A stretch of DNA of 64,000 nucleotides from assembly GCA_964016885.1 (NCBI GenBank), contig OZ024746.1, forward strand, positions 96,658,001 to 96,722,000, given 5' to 3'. The stretch is from Eledone cirrhosa. Lineage: Eukaryota. A program made the position numbers and the translations under genes. The notes under the pieces are model-generated. The model had not been told where the DNA came from, made no database searches, and saw only the letters and a program-made list of their open reading frames with translations. Below are positions 19,234-30,240 of this stretch, in pieces; the stretch's first letter is position 1, and every line of letters begins with the position of its first letter.

Positions 19234-19461
19234 GTTCACTATTTAGCCTTAATAAAATGAATATTAAAACTCTACTTCGGTATTGAGTACTCTTTTCTCT
19301 CAACTGTCAACCACATACAGGTATGTATATGTGTGTGAGAGAGAGAAAGAGAGTCTCGGTTTCAATTGGGGTAACCACAGTAAGTAAGGTACTCAATACA
19401 TTGGTAGAGTAAAAACATCATGTTTAATATAGAAATGGCTTCAAAAGAAAGCAAAAGGAAA

Positions 19462-19510
19462 GCTTCCCTGATGATTCTTTTGAATGAAGTAGTTCTAGTC
19501 CTGTAGAAGC
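19462..19510 (+). ncRNA. Degenerate hammerhead remnant
   Basis: GCTTCC-CTGATGA-TTCTTTTGAAT-GAAG-TAGTTCTA-GTC...GAAGC; GAAA core mutated; enclosed by a 24-bp IR (about 19418-19529). Confidence 0.4.
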
Positions 19511-19540
19511 CATTTCTATATTAAACATGTTATATATATA

Positions 19541-19728
19541 TCAGAATGGATTCAGTAAAAACCTTTAGACAATTACTCACCAGGTTAATCGATACTTGGG
19601 GTAGTTAGAGTGTGGTAACATGAAAGAGTCGAGACCCCGACGGCTGAGCTCTTGGAGTTTCAACAGCTAGTTCCGAACTCGCTGTTGAAACGGCAAGAGC
19701 TCAGCCGTCGGGGTCCCGACTCTTTCAT
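19541..19728. mobile_element. TA-flanked Penelope-like foldback (family A)
   Basis: Hairpin 19620-19728 containing the HHR 3' half GAAACGGC..GCCGTC-GGGG. Confidence 0.65.
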
Positions 19729-19740
19729 ATATATATATAT

Positions 19741-19924
19741 GAAAATGTTTAACCCCGACGGCAGAGCTCAAGCCGTTTCGACGGCTATTTCTAGAAATTG
19801 CCGTCGAAACGGCTTGAGCTCTGCCGTCGGGGTTAAACATTTTCCTATTACCCACTCGACTACCCTAAGTATTGAGTATTCTGGTACGTTATGGTCCATC
19901 TGATTCCTTACCACACCTTCGTTA
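19741..19924. mobile_element. TA-flanked Penelope-like foldback (family A)
   Basis: Near-perfect hairpin 19741-19844 plus CCTATTACCCACTC...CCTTCGTTA tail. Confidence 0.7.
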
Positions 19925-19995
19925 TATATATAGTGAAAAAAGTGTGGACGTTAAAAAACCCTTTTTTAAATTATCATTTTCGTTAAATAAATATA

Positions 19996-20071
19996 CAGGG
20001 TGTCTCCACAAAATCTATATACTTATTTATTAGAATGCTGTTGAAGTGTATTACATTTTTGGGACACCCTG
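19996..20071. mobile_element. Tc1/mariner MITE
   Basis: TA-CAGGGTGTC...GACACCCTG-TA; second copy at 30961. Confidence 0.75.
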
Positions 20072-20098
20072 TATATATATAATATATATATATATATA

Positions 20099-20307
20099 TA
20101 ACGAAGGAAATGTGGTAAGGAACCAGGTGGACCATAACGCACCAAAGTACTCAATACTTAGCGTAGTAGAGTGGGTAATAGGAACGAGTAGGACCCCGAC
20201 GCCTGAGCTCAAGCCGTTTCGACGGCTAATTCTGGACTAAATTTGTTAGTCCAGAATTAGCCGTCGAAACGGCTTGAGCTCAGCCGTCGGGGTCCTACTC
20301 GTTCCTA
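20099..20307. mobile_element. TA-flanked Penelope-like foldback (family A)
   Basis: Near-perfect hairpin 20179-20307. Confidence 0.7.
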
Positions 20308-20579
20308 TATATATATATATATATAATCATCATCATCATTATATATCTATATATAATACCATTAATTTCAGTTGACGTAAAACAAGAAATCGAAATTGGG
20401 GACTTTAAACCCACTGATGTCAAATGACAATAAGATGAAAGTAAAAAGAAAAAGTTAAGAGGAGGGGAAAATAAAGTATTGACTAAGACACAGCCACTGC
20501 TATAGATTTTATGAAATATCATACTTGCTACTACTGTCCATCTTCCACACTAGCAGGTAAAAAAACACTGAGAAATAAA

Positions 20580-20905
20580 CTTTCCATCCCCCCCCCCTCT
20601 CTCTTTCAATGTCTCTTTTCCTCCGTTTTTCTCTCTTTTTCCCCTCCGTCTACGTTTCTCTCTTTGTCCCTTTCTCTTTCTCATTTCTTTTCTATCTCAG
20701 TCTCTCTCACTCACTTCTTTTCTATTTGAGCTTTCTCTCTTCCACTTCTTTTATATCTCAGCTTCTCTCTCTCTCTCTCATTTCTTTTCCTTCTTTCTCC
20801 CTTCCGCCGTTTTTATCTCTCCCTTCTCTTTCGCTTCTTACATCTCTCTCTCACTTCTCCCCCCCTCTCACTTCTTTTTTTCTCCTCCCCCCTCTCTCAG
20901 TCCTG
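20580..20905. repeat. CT-rich polypyrimidine low-complexity tract
   Basis: Almost only C/T on +. Confidence 0.85.
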
Positions 20906-21133
20906 TAACACCAACAACTGACTGCTGTTCTCGGCACCAACCCACCTAATTACTTTTACTCTTTCTATCTCGTAATTCATCATACAATGACGACAACGAT
21001 GGCGGTGCTATATGCTCGCGTACATATGCACCTATCTGTATTTTATATATTTATGTGTGTGTGTGTGTGTGTGTTTGTGTTGGCAATCAACACAATGTTA
21101 AGAATATTTATATTAACAGTTTGACTTATTTCT

Positions 21134-21183
21134 GCATTACCTGGGGTTTCACAGATGCAAACATGCCTAGCTCCTTCAGATGT
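21134..21183 (-). ncRNA. Degenerate hammerhead-like motif
   Basis: ACAU-CUGAAGG-A...UGU-GAAA-CC(CCA)GG-UA-AUGC; non-canonical core and short stem I. Confidence 0.35.
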
Positions 21184-21332
21184 CCGTAAATATGCATTGG
21201 GGAGCAAAAACGATTCGGTCCTTTATGAACCGAATCGTGGTGATCCCTCACCAGAGAACCAGTGATATAAGCATGTGTCCGATTTGCTCCGATTTTCCAC
21301 TGTCTGCTCTTGTCATGTGTACTCAGATTTTG

Positions 21333-21369
<37 letters not shown>

Positions 21370-21842
21370 CACCTGAGTACATAGTCTTCTATGGAATATG
21401 TATTTAGTATATATACAATATAGTACGTTTCCTCCAAGATATATGGTTCTTTTTCTCTATATATATATACATATATTTTTTCATTTGATTTATATACATA
21501 TATATATTAAAAGTCTAAAGTAAATTTTCCTGTCCGGCTTTCTGTTGTCTTAATGAATACTTTACTCCATTTCTGCACCAAACACTGGATACGATGGATG
21601 ATTCCCATAACGTTGAGTGCTTCAATTAATTTGTTGCATCATCGTTTACCAACTCGAACCACTGGTTCTACTCATTGGTAAACAGCCTAACATAAATGAT
21701 ATATATATATATATAGGAAAAGAGTCAAAATCCATTCCTATTACCCACTCTACTACCCTAAGTATCGAGTACTCTGGTGCGTTATGGTCCACCTGGTTCC
21801 TTACCACACTTCCTTCGTTATATATATATATATATATAGATA

Positions 21843-22329
21843 TCACGATAAATTAACGGAGCCATAGACCCTCGTTACCCCCTGTTAATAATGTATGTGC
21901 TCAAAGGGAAAGGAATCCTGAACTCTTTAAAATACAATACACTAGAGAGATAGTGCGCCATCAATAAAACAGGGAAAACCACCAGTGTATGGAATCTATA
22001 ATCTATGGAAGGCAGGGTAGACACACAATAATTAAAAATATAAATTAAAATGTATATACGCACTTCTATAACTATGTAACACACACGTACAAATCCTAAG
22101 AGATCTGTTTCGCCATTTCAGTCAACTTCCTGACGAAACAGATCTCTTTGAATTTGTACGTGTGTGTTATATAGTTATAGAGGTGCGTATATACATTTTA
22201 ATTTATATTTTTAATTATTGTGTGTCTACCCTGCCTTCCATAGGTTATAGATTCCATACACTGGTGGTTTTCCCTGTTTTATTGATGGCGCACTATCTCT
22301 CTCTAGTGTGTTACCTTTTCAACATATTG

Positions 22330-22335
<6 letters not shown>
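21843..22335. mobile_element. TA-flanked Penelope-like foldback (family B)
   Basis: Arms of about 170 bp (21939-22112/22134-22309); same family as 23181-23725. Confidence 0.7.
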
Positions 22336-22369
<34 letters not shown>

Positions 22370-22729
22370 GGCCTATGAGAGGAGTCCAGCCACTACCTTG
22401 TTCCGGAGCTTCAAGAGCTAAGAAGGCCCTACGGCAACAATGCAACATCCATTTTGAGAAAAATCTTTGCCTGCTTCAGACCCTGAAGGGGTCTTGTATC
22501 GAAGACTGGGAAAACCACAGTTCAAAGTAGTGCTCGACACATGGTATGAGGCAGAGTGAATATAATAGTGAGGTGGAGGATCGACCGCGAGCTCAGGCAG
22601 TTTCAGCTGGTAACCTCTTATATATATGCATCTCGTACTAACCTGATTTGTGGTCTTCTCGGTCCTCGCACCGTAGACATTCCTCAGGGTGAAGGCTGCA
22701 GCGAAGTCCATTTGACAATTCTTGAAGGC

Positions 22730-23120
22730 TGACTAGTTATACCTTAGCAGTTCCATGAACACAGATCACGATATAGACACCAGGATAGACAAGGTATGAG
22801 AGACTCTTAACTCCCTATCGAAGGTGTAGGTACCTCTGATCAAGAAAACGAAAATGAGGTTATTCAAAGTAACGGTTGAATCCATTCTCCTCTATGGGTG
22901 TGAGTCATGGACATTAACAAAAACACTCTCAAAGAGGATTAATGGCACATCCACGCGAAACTTAAGAAAGGTCCAGTGCATCTTCTGGTAAATACACGTA
23001 GCAAATAAATTAGATGCATGCAGACGAGTTGGAAGACCAAACGTCACACTGAAGGATGTCCTTGAAGATGACACCGGTTTGGAGGCAAGAGAACTTCACA
23101 CAGCTATGCTGGACAAGTGA
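22730..23120 (+). mobile_element. Degenerate RTE-group LINE fragment
   Basis: KMRLFKVTVESILLYGCESWTLTK...RRVGRP with stops. Confidence 0.75.
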
Positions 23121-23180
23121 GGTGGGGGAGGAACTTCGTCATGACACCGGTAACAGATGTGTAGTAGAATATATATATAT

Positions 23181-23719
23181 ATCACAATACATTAACGGGC
23201 CATAGACTCTCGTTATTCCCTGTCAATAATGTGCTTAAAGGAAAAGGAATCCTGAGCTCTTTAAAATACAATATGAAAAGGTAACACACTAGAGAGATAT
23301 TGCGCCATCAATAAGACAGGGAAAACCACCAGTGTATGGAATCTATAATCGGCGATATCCAATATGGAAGGCAGGGTAGACACACGATAATTAAAAATAT
23401 AAATTAAAATGTATATACGCACCTCTATAACTATATAACACACGCGTACAAATCTAAAGAGACCTGTTTCGCCAGGAAGTTGTTGACTGAAATGGAATAG
23501 CCTATGGTTCATCAGCGCGTGCAACACTATACATTCCAGACAACTCTAAGAGAATCTAAAGCGACCGTCCAGCTACACGTGGCAGAGAGATGTCATAGCG
23601 TATTTAGGGCAGTGAACCAGTGGTATCTGAGGGACGAGCTGCTAGAAAGGGCAGCCCAAAACCCTGGTTTTCTCTGTTTTATTGATGGCACACTATCTCT
23701 CTCTTTTTTCAAAATATTG

Positions 23720-23725
<6 letters not shown>
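23181..23725 (-). mobile_element. Penelope-like pLTR (family B) with HHR and a short inverted terminal segment
   Basis: Homologous to 21843-22112; TA-flanked; inverted piece at about 23665-23705. Confidence 0.65.
23441..23521 (-). ncRNA. Full type I hammerhead ribozyme
   Basis: CACGCG-CUGAUGA-ACCA..UGGC-GAAA-CAGGUCU(CUUU)AGAUUUG-UA-CGCGUG; 6-bp stem I, 8-bp stem III; A-C mismatch at the stem II base. Confidence 0.78.
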
Positions 23726-23767
<42 letters not shown>

Positions 23768-24055
23768 TTACTCATTTACCTGTTCCAGCCATCCGGCTGA
23801 GGCCATGCTGTGGCACCGCCCTTGTAAAAAAAAAAATGGTTATAAAAACGAGAGGCAACATACAGTGTACCTCTCTAATATTACTTGGGGGTGGGCAGAA
23901 TTTAGCTCCCGCGGTCCCTGCACGTTCCACAGAAGTGGAGGTAGTGACTCAGCGCTGATGTTTATACTCCAATAAAAAACCTAAACAATATTTGTTAGGA
24001 ATGTGACACAAATATATTATTCCAATACCTAGTCTTCGGTGACAAAGCGACAATG

Positions 24056-24905
24056 CTAATAATTGTTTCTATTTTTGGTACAAGGCCAGCAATTACCACA
24101 GTGCATTACTGATTCTTTATTTTATCGACCCCATAAGGATGAAAGGCAAAGCTAACCTCGGCGGGATTGGAACTCAGAACGTAAAGGGCCATAACTATGT
24201 TGCAAAGCATGGTGTCAGCCTCTCTATAGATACTGCCAATCCACCACCCTCGCAATGCTAATAATGATAGTTTCTGCTTTTAGGCACAAGGTCAGTAATT
24301 ACCCCAGCAGTCAGGGTTGGATTTAGACCTTGGAGGCCCCTCATACACAAAAAAATTAGAATACACAGCAAACGCCCTAATTTTACATTTCAAATTTAGC
24401 TTGGTACAAGTAATTGGAATAAGTTATATATACAGGTATTAAATTAAAAAATTCTAACCATCCTAAAACTAAAAAGCCGAGCTGAGGGCACAAATGAATT
24501 GCTACGACCGTCGCTGGTGCCCAATCCAAACTGCTGGGGGCTCATTAAATCAGGCCCTGCCAGCAGTTAACTGGTACTTTGTTTAACGACTCCCCGACAG
24601 GACGAAGGTCAAAGTTGACATCGTCAAATTTTGAATACAAAATGTAGAGAACTGGAACTACTGTAAAATATTCTGTTCGACTCTCTAATAGTTCTACCAC
24701 TCCACTACCCTAGCCAAATAGATATGATTTCTGATTTAGGCACAATGCCAACAATTTTGGGGGAAGGGAAAAGTCGATTAAATCGACCCCGAAAGGATGA
24801 AAGGTAAAGCCTACCGAGACGGGATTTGAACTCAGAACGTAAAGAGGGGTAACTTTATGCCGCAAAGCTTGTTGTCCGACGCTCTACTAACACTGTCATT
24901 CCACA
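24056..24905 (-). mobile_element. Three OK-like SINEs, the middle one interrupted by a hAT MITE
   Basis: SINE motifs at 24056-24250, 24260-24712 and 24722-24905. Confidence 0.75.
24312..24559. mobile_element. hAT MITE
   Basis: TIRs CAGGGTTGGATTTA/TAAATCAGGCCCTG; 8-bp TSD CCAGCAGT (24304-24311, 24560-24567). Confidence 0.85.
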
Positions 24906-25115
24906 AATAAATATAATACATTGTTATAAGTGAAAACACATTTCAACATGGACTAGTTTCACCAGGGAGATGAATGAAGCTTTACTACAATGGAGAGAGC
25001 TGGGTTTGTCAGTTCCCGATACAGACGGGGATAGACGAAATCAGAGAGTATACAACAATCTGCGTTTCAGCTACACCTTTAACTCTCTCTTTGATCATTC
25101 TGATCAATTTCCTAG

Positions 25116-25560
25116 ATGCCGCTTACTTTCTGCAAGCACATAATTCTCGGGGGACTGCCTTTGGCCAACATTTGTGGTCTTCTCAATCTAGACGAGCTCC
25201 GCATCTCCATTGCACTCCGTGTGGGAGCCGTTGTCTGTGGAAGTCTGAGATGTCGCTGTTGTAAGCCCCTTGTTTCCACGGGCATCCATGGTTTGTCTTG
25301 CCGCCTGAATGCTGGTCGCTTCGCCCGTCACACCGAGCTAAACCTGATCATTACGCGGGTCCTAGCTCGGGTTAATATCCCCTCAGTTCTGGAGCCGACT
25401 GGATTATCCAGAATTGATGGGAAGTGACCAGATAGTCTTACCCTTTGTATTTGGGTAAGAGGCATATATCTCATCTGGGACATCACAGTCAGTGACTCTT
25501 TTGCTCCCTCCCACATTATGGACGCCGCGATAAATGTGAGGGTCACTGCTTCCGTACTGT
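25116..25560 (+). mobile_element. CRE-clade LINE fragment (zinc knuckle and restriction-like endonuclease)
   Basis: CRC..HGLSC, RHTELN, LEPTGLSRIDGK*PD..W..G..LIWDITVSD. Confidence 0.85.
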
Positions 25561-25740
25561 GTGTATGTGATTACTCGACCTTCTAGAAATAACAGCCAAA
25601 TATCTCTCAAAAGACATCTGACCGTCTTTAAAATAAGGACACATACATTAGACTATGTGGTCCTACATATACAAAATGTGACTGAAATGCTTTTGATCTT
25701 AGATTAGCTCAATCGGGACTGGTCTGGGCTAAAGGCTAAA

Positions 25741-25920
25741 CAATAATCGTTTCTACTTTTGGCACAAGGCCAGCAATTAACCAGTGTATTACTGGTACTT
25801 TATTTTATCGACCCCGTAAGGATGAAAGGCAAAGTTAACCTCGGCGGGATTTGAACTCAGAATGGCAAGGGCTGTAACTCAATGCGTCAAAGCATGGCGT
25901 CCGACCCTCTACCGATACTG
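25741..25920 (-). mobile_element. OK-like SINE
   Basis: Near-consensus copy. Confidence 0.85.
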
Positions 25921-26081
25921 ATAATAACAACGTAGCATGGCGTCCGACCCTCTACCGATAATAACAACGTAACATGTAACGTAATCTCGTATTTTTATAA
26001 TCGATTAAAAACATTTCCACTATCTACTAATAAGGAGACTATATATATTATTAGATTTTTTTCTCTCCACTAGTTGGGTAA

Positions 26082-26854
26082 TTTTATTTATGGTATATAT
26101 CATGTAAATACAGTTTAATAGAAAAAGGAAATTTAGATTGAGAAGAATGGAATATAAAATAGGAAAATATAAAGAAAAAAGATAAAAGGACCGGAAAAGG
26201 GAGAGAATGGCAAGAACTCTAGTGTCACAGAAGATTGGGGAAGGAGGAGGTTGATTGGGCTCTGGGCCTAGGGCGCAGCGATAAAGAGACTGCGCCCCAT
26301 GGACAAGACCGCAAAAGCATTTCTGTGGACAATGCCAGCGACACCCGCTGCAACAGTCACCCCAACTCGTGGGGCTCCTTCCTCAGACGGGCCGCCGACG
26401 TTCCGATCTTGCGGAGGAGCTCGACTGTACAAGGTCCAAGTACGCCTGAGGTCTCGACGGCGACCGCTGCGAAGAGGAAGCGGCCGCACAATCCCCGGTA
26501 TTTATCAGGTTGTTTGTCCATTCCCGTTCATATTCTTCCACTCCTGCTATTTGGAGGAGCCGTAGGGGCGCCTTCGCAACATACGGCATGGTATGTCTTA
26601 GGCATTTAAACCTAGCAAAACCCATCCCCCTATCTCCAGGTCTGAGGACCACCGATTTCTCCCAGAGAAAGGGAGAAAGCGAAAGTGAGGAAAGGTCGAC
26701 CTTATTATTGGACTGGTACTTTATTTATCGATCCCGAAGAGATGAAAGGCAAAGAGTCGACCTTAGCGGTATTTGAAAACAAAGTGCAGTGAATTGGAAC
26801 GATTATCACAAAGCATTCTGTCCAACGGTCTAACAACTCTTCCAGTTCGTCGCC
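26082..26854 (-). mobile_element. Composite SINE: tRNA head, Nin-like domain, unique body and CRE-LINE 3' tail
   Basis: Head at 26854-26700; tail encodes FAAVAVETSGVLGP...LLQRVSLA..RNA; AATAAA near 26085. Confidence 0.65.
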
Positions 26855-27145
26855 TATGTACACATATACACACATGTTCAATTTCCTCTCCTATATATTT
26901 GAAGGTTGCCGAATATATTCGTTTCTATACATCAGTATATCTCTGATTATCCAGTTGTAAAGATCAAAGAGAAGTTTCTCTATTATACGAGTTAGAGAGT
27001 TTTGTGTAAACAGCTTTGTAAAATAAAATTGTAGAATATAAAAAAAAAAAAAACTAAAGAGAAAATTGTTGTTTAGCCCCAAGGTTAACCCTGATACAGC
27101 TGACCTATTATCAAAAACCGTTATCAAAAACTGTTTTGCTTAGAC

Positions 27146-28503
27146 CTGAGATGGGGAACATGCAGCCTTTTGAAATAATAAAAAAATTCCGACAATTTTT
27201 TTGTCTATCTTTTATTTTATTTTTTAAACCATAAGATGAAAGTATTTTAAATAACAAAGAGTAAAAGACAATTCAACGAAATAATTCACACTGACAAACA
27301 GCCAGAATTAAAAAATTAGTAGATTTTAAAGGATCGTTTCAACACTTTCTACAGTTATGTTTTAGTTCCAATGCGATTCTAGAATCTACATTAAATTCTC
27401 GCTTGACTGGAGCCACTATCACCTGAGGCTGGTTGGTGAGAACCCACGGGGATTTAGTACACCAGTGATTATCAAAATTTGAGTTATGATTTCCATTTGA
27501 AGTATATGTGGCAAAATATTCAAGTATTTTGAAAAGCTCTTCTTCTTCTTCTTCTTCAAAAGAATTTCGTATGAACATTTTCCCCAGTAAGCAAAGACTA
27601 TTGAAGTAAATTATTGTTTCATTAAATAATATATATATAAATAATTAACATTACAAATTGCTCATAATTCTTTCAGAATAACATTAGAAATATAATGTTG
27701 ATTAACACAAATATAAACAAATATAACCAGAGCAAGAGGAAGAAAAAAAAAAAAAAAAAAGGGGGGGGGGGCAAAAACGACCATCAATTTACCACCAAGT
27801 GCGACAATCGGTTGAATATCACATCATAAAGGGCAGCGGAATATTTTGAAGCAGGCCAGAGAATTCATGTGAATCATTTGAAGAATACGCAGCTGTTTAT
27901 ATACGTATTAATTAGAGAATACAATGGAAGGTTCACTGGTTTTGAGAATCAAGTTAAGCATTTCAACCTCACCTAGTTGATATCTGCAAGGTTCCACCAA
28001 AATTACAGATGGGATTTATTGAGCTGCTAGAAGATGATATTATAAAGTCCTTATTTGACGCTAAGAAAGATCCGATGGAGATATGGAAAAATGCAATAGA
28101 ATACCCATATCTTCGGCAACATGCACGAAAAATACTCTCTTGATTTTCAACCACTTATTGCTACGAATCTACATTCTCCTACCTAACCAAAATCAAGACT
28201 CTTTTAAGATCACAAATGACGGATGCCCATTTAGAGAGAGAGAGATTTAGTTGGAACTTCGGACCTCTATGTTGCAACTAAATATCAAAATACTTTCCTA
28301 CAAGCAGTCACAACCAGTTATTATAAGGTAGTTGGCTTTAAAATTAAATTTTGTTAGTTTTTTTAAATAATTTGTACATCGTGATTAGATTTTGACAAAA
28401 TAATGTAGATGAAGAATATATATTATGGTTTCTTGAATGAGGCCTTATTATATCACAAGTAATTTAATGCATCCTTTTAACATGGAAAGGTCCCCCACGT
28501 CTG
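27146..28503 (+). mobile_element. Internally deleted hAT (Charlie/Buster-like) transposon
   Basis: 8-bp TSD GCTTAGAC; degenerate TIRs; C-terminal dimerisation domain YPYLRQHARKILS*FSTTYCYESTFS..IKT..RS. Confidence 0.85.
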
Positions 28504-28526
28504 GCTTAGACATACACTGTCTAGAA

Positions 28527-29067
28527 CAGTGAGTCCCAATGTGTGTGTGTGGGGGGGGGGGGGGCAATTTGAATATTTTAGGGAGCCATTTGAAAATGAT
28601 GTTAATGAGAACAAACTTAAGGTTTTACTTTATTACTTTTACACCAAGGTAACTTTGGTACACATTAGTCAGAAACTCCTGTCTCACCTCCTCCACCACT
28701 GGCACCACCTATATGGTACACATTAGTCAGAGACTCCTGTTTCACCTCCTCCACCACTGGCACCACCTATATGGTACACATTAGTCAGAAACTCCTGTCT
28801 CACCTCCTCCACCACTGGCACCACCTATATGGTACACATTACTGTCAGAGACTCCTGTCTCACCTCCTCCACATGTTATTGTATATCTGGCACCACCTTT
28901 ATGCTACACATTACTGTCAGAAATTCCTGTCTCACCTCTTTCACATGTTATTGTGTATCTGACACCACCTATACACCAATTTGTTTACACTTTGCAGTTG
29001 ATCATTGCTGATTTCATATTAAAGAGGAGTGGGTGCATAACAATGTTTTAGATGTTGAGAACCACTG
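28527..29067. mobile_element. hAT-Charlie MITE with an internal 58-bp tandem repeat (about 28657-28975)
   Basis: TSD GTCTAGAA on both sides; CAGTG...CACTG ends. Confidence 0.8.
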
Positions 29068-29533
29068 GTCTAGAAGCATATTATTCAATATAAACTTATT
29101 ATTCTTTTCTTCCTCGTAGGCTGATAAATAGGAAGTGAGTTAATGGGTGTGGAGTTTCATTTGACGCTTACGTCCGTTACAGGATTTGGAAGACAGAAAA
29201 ATTGCGAGAGATATTACACACAAGAAAACCTGTAAATATTGGGATTGAGAACGGAACAAGGACATAAGCAATCATTAAATATCTACATAATACAGGATTA
29301 ACATTGAGTATATAGACATGTAAACATGTCATATTTACGTATTTCTCTGTAGGATTAGCATCATTAATCCATTTTCAATATTTATTTGGGTCTCATCAAA
29401 GAATATTTAAATTAATCAACCATGGTTAACCCTGTATTGTGATATGAATAGATATTTATCGAATATTTCGGCTGCTTAGTGCAAAATTTAAAATGTTTAA
29501 CGTAAATAGGTTGACTTACTCGAAAACTTGAAA

Positions 29534-29748
29534 TATAGTCACCACAAGGCTGATAACTATAAATGATAGTTGAATAAATCGCGTAAAGAGCACCTAGAGA
29601 GGGAAAAAGTGGACAGAGATAGTCGCCTGATGTTTTGATTACCCAACAGGCGCCTCAGTCCACATTGTTTTTCCGTCTCCAGGAGCACTTTACCAGAATA
29701 TTATTTATATCAACTAATATTGTAGTTATTTGCATGGTGGCGACTATA
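29534..29748. repeat. Long imperfect inverted repeat (arms about 100 bp)
   Basis: TATAGTCACCAC...GTGGAC..CGCCTG / CAGGCG..GTCCAC...GTGGCGACTATA. Confidence 0.75.
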
Positions 29749-29924
29749 AATTAAAATTTCAATGTTTGTGGGATTATACTGTTTTAGAAAGGAAAGAAGA
29801 AAAACAAATTACAATAATAATTTCTTTCTTACCCACAAAGGGTTCGCATGAATAAAACATTAAGGACGGTACAGGACAATACAACGTAGTATCTTTCGTG
29901 AAAAAAAGAGTTTAACAATGATAT

Positions 29925-30240
29925 CTGTTATTACTTTTGGCACAAGGCCAGCAATTACCCCAGTGCATTACTGGTACTTTATTTTATCGACCCCGTAAGG
30001 ATGAAAGGCAAAGTTAACCTCGTCGGGATTTGAACCTAGAACGTAAAGGGCCATAACTCCATGCTGCAAAGCATGGTGTCTGACGCTCTACCGATAATAA
30101 TAATTGTTTGTTTCTACTTTAGGCACAAGGCCAGCAATTTTGGGAGAAGGGGAAAGTTGATTAAATCGACCCCAGTGTATTACTGGTACTTTATTATATC
30201 GACCCTGTAAGGACGAAAGGCAAAGCTAGTCTCGGCGACA
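29925..30240 (-). mobile_element. Two OK-like SINEs
   Basis: SINE motifs. Confidence 0.8.

Noticed and set aside
28529-29011. His-rich ORFs
   Set aside because: They arise from the 58-bp tandem repeat inside a hAT MITE.
29119-29231. Plus-strand exon after a polypyrimidine tract
   Set aside because: Early stops in all three frames and a weak donor; the minus-strand reading is better.
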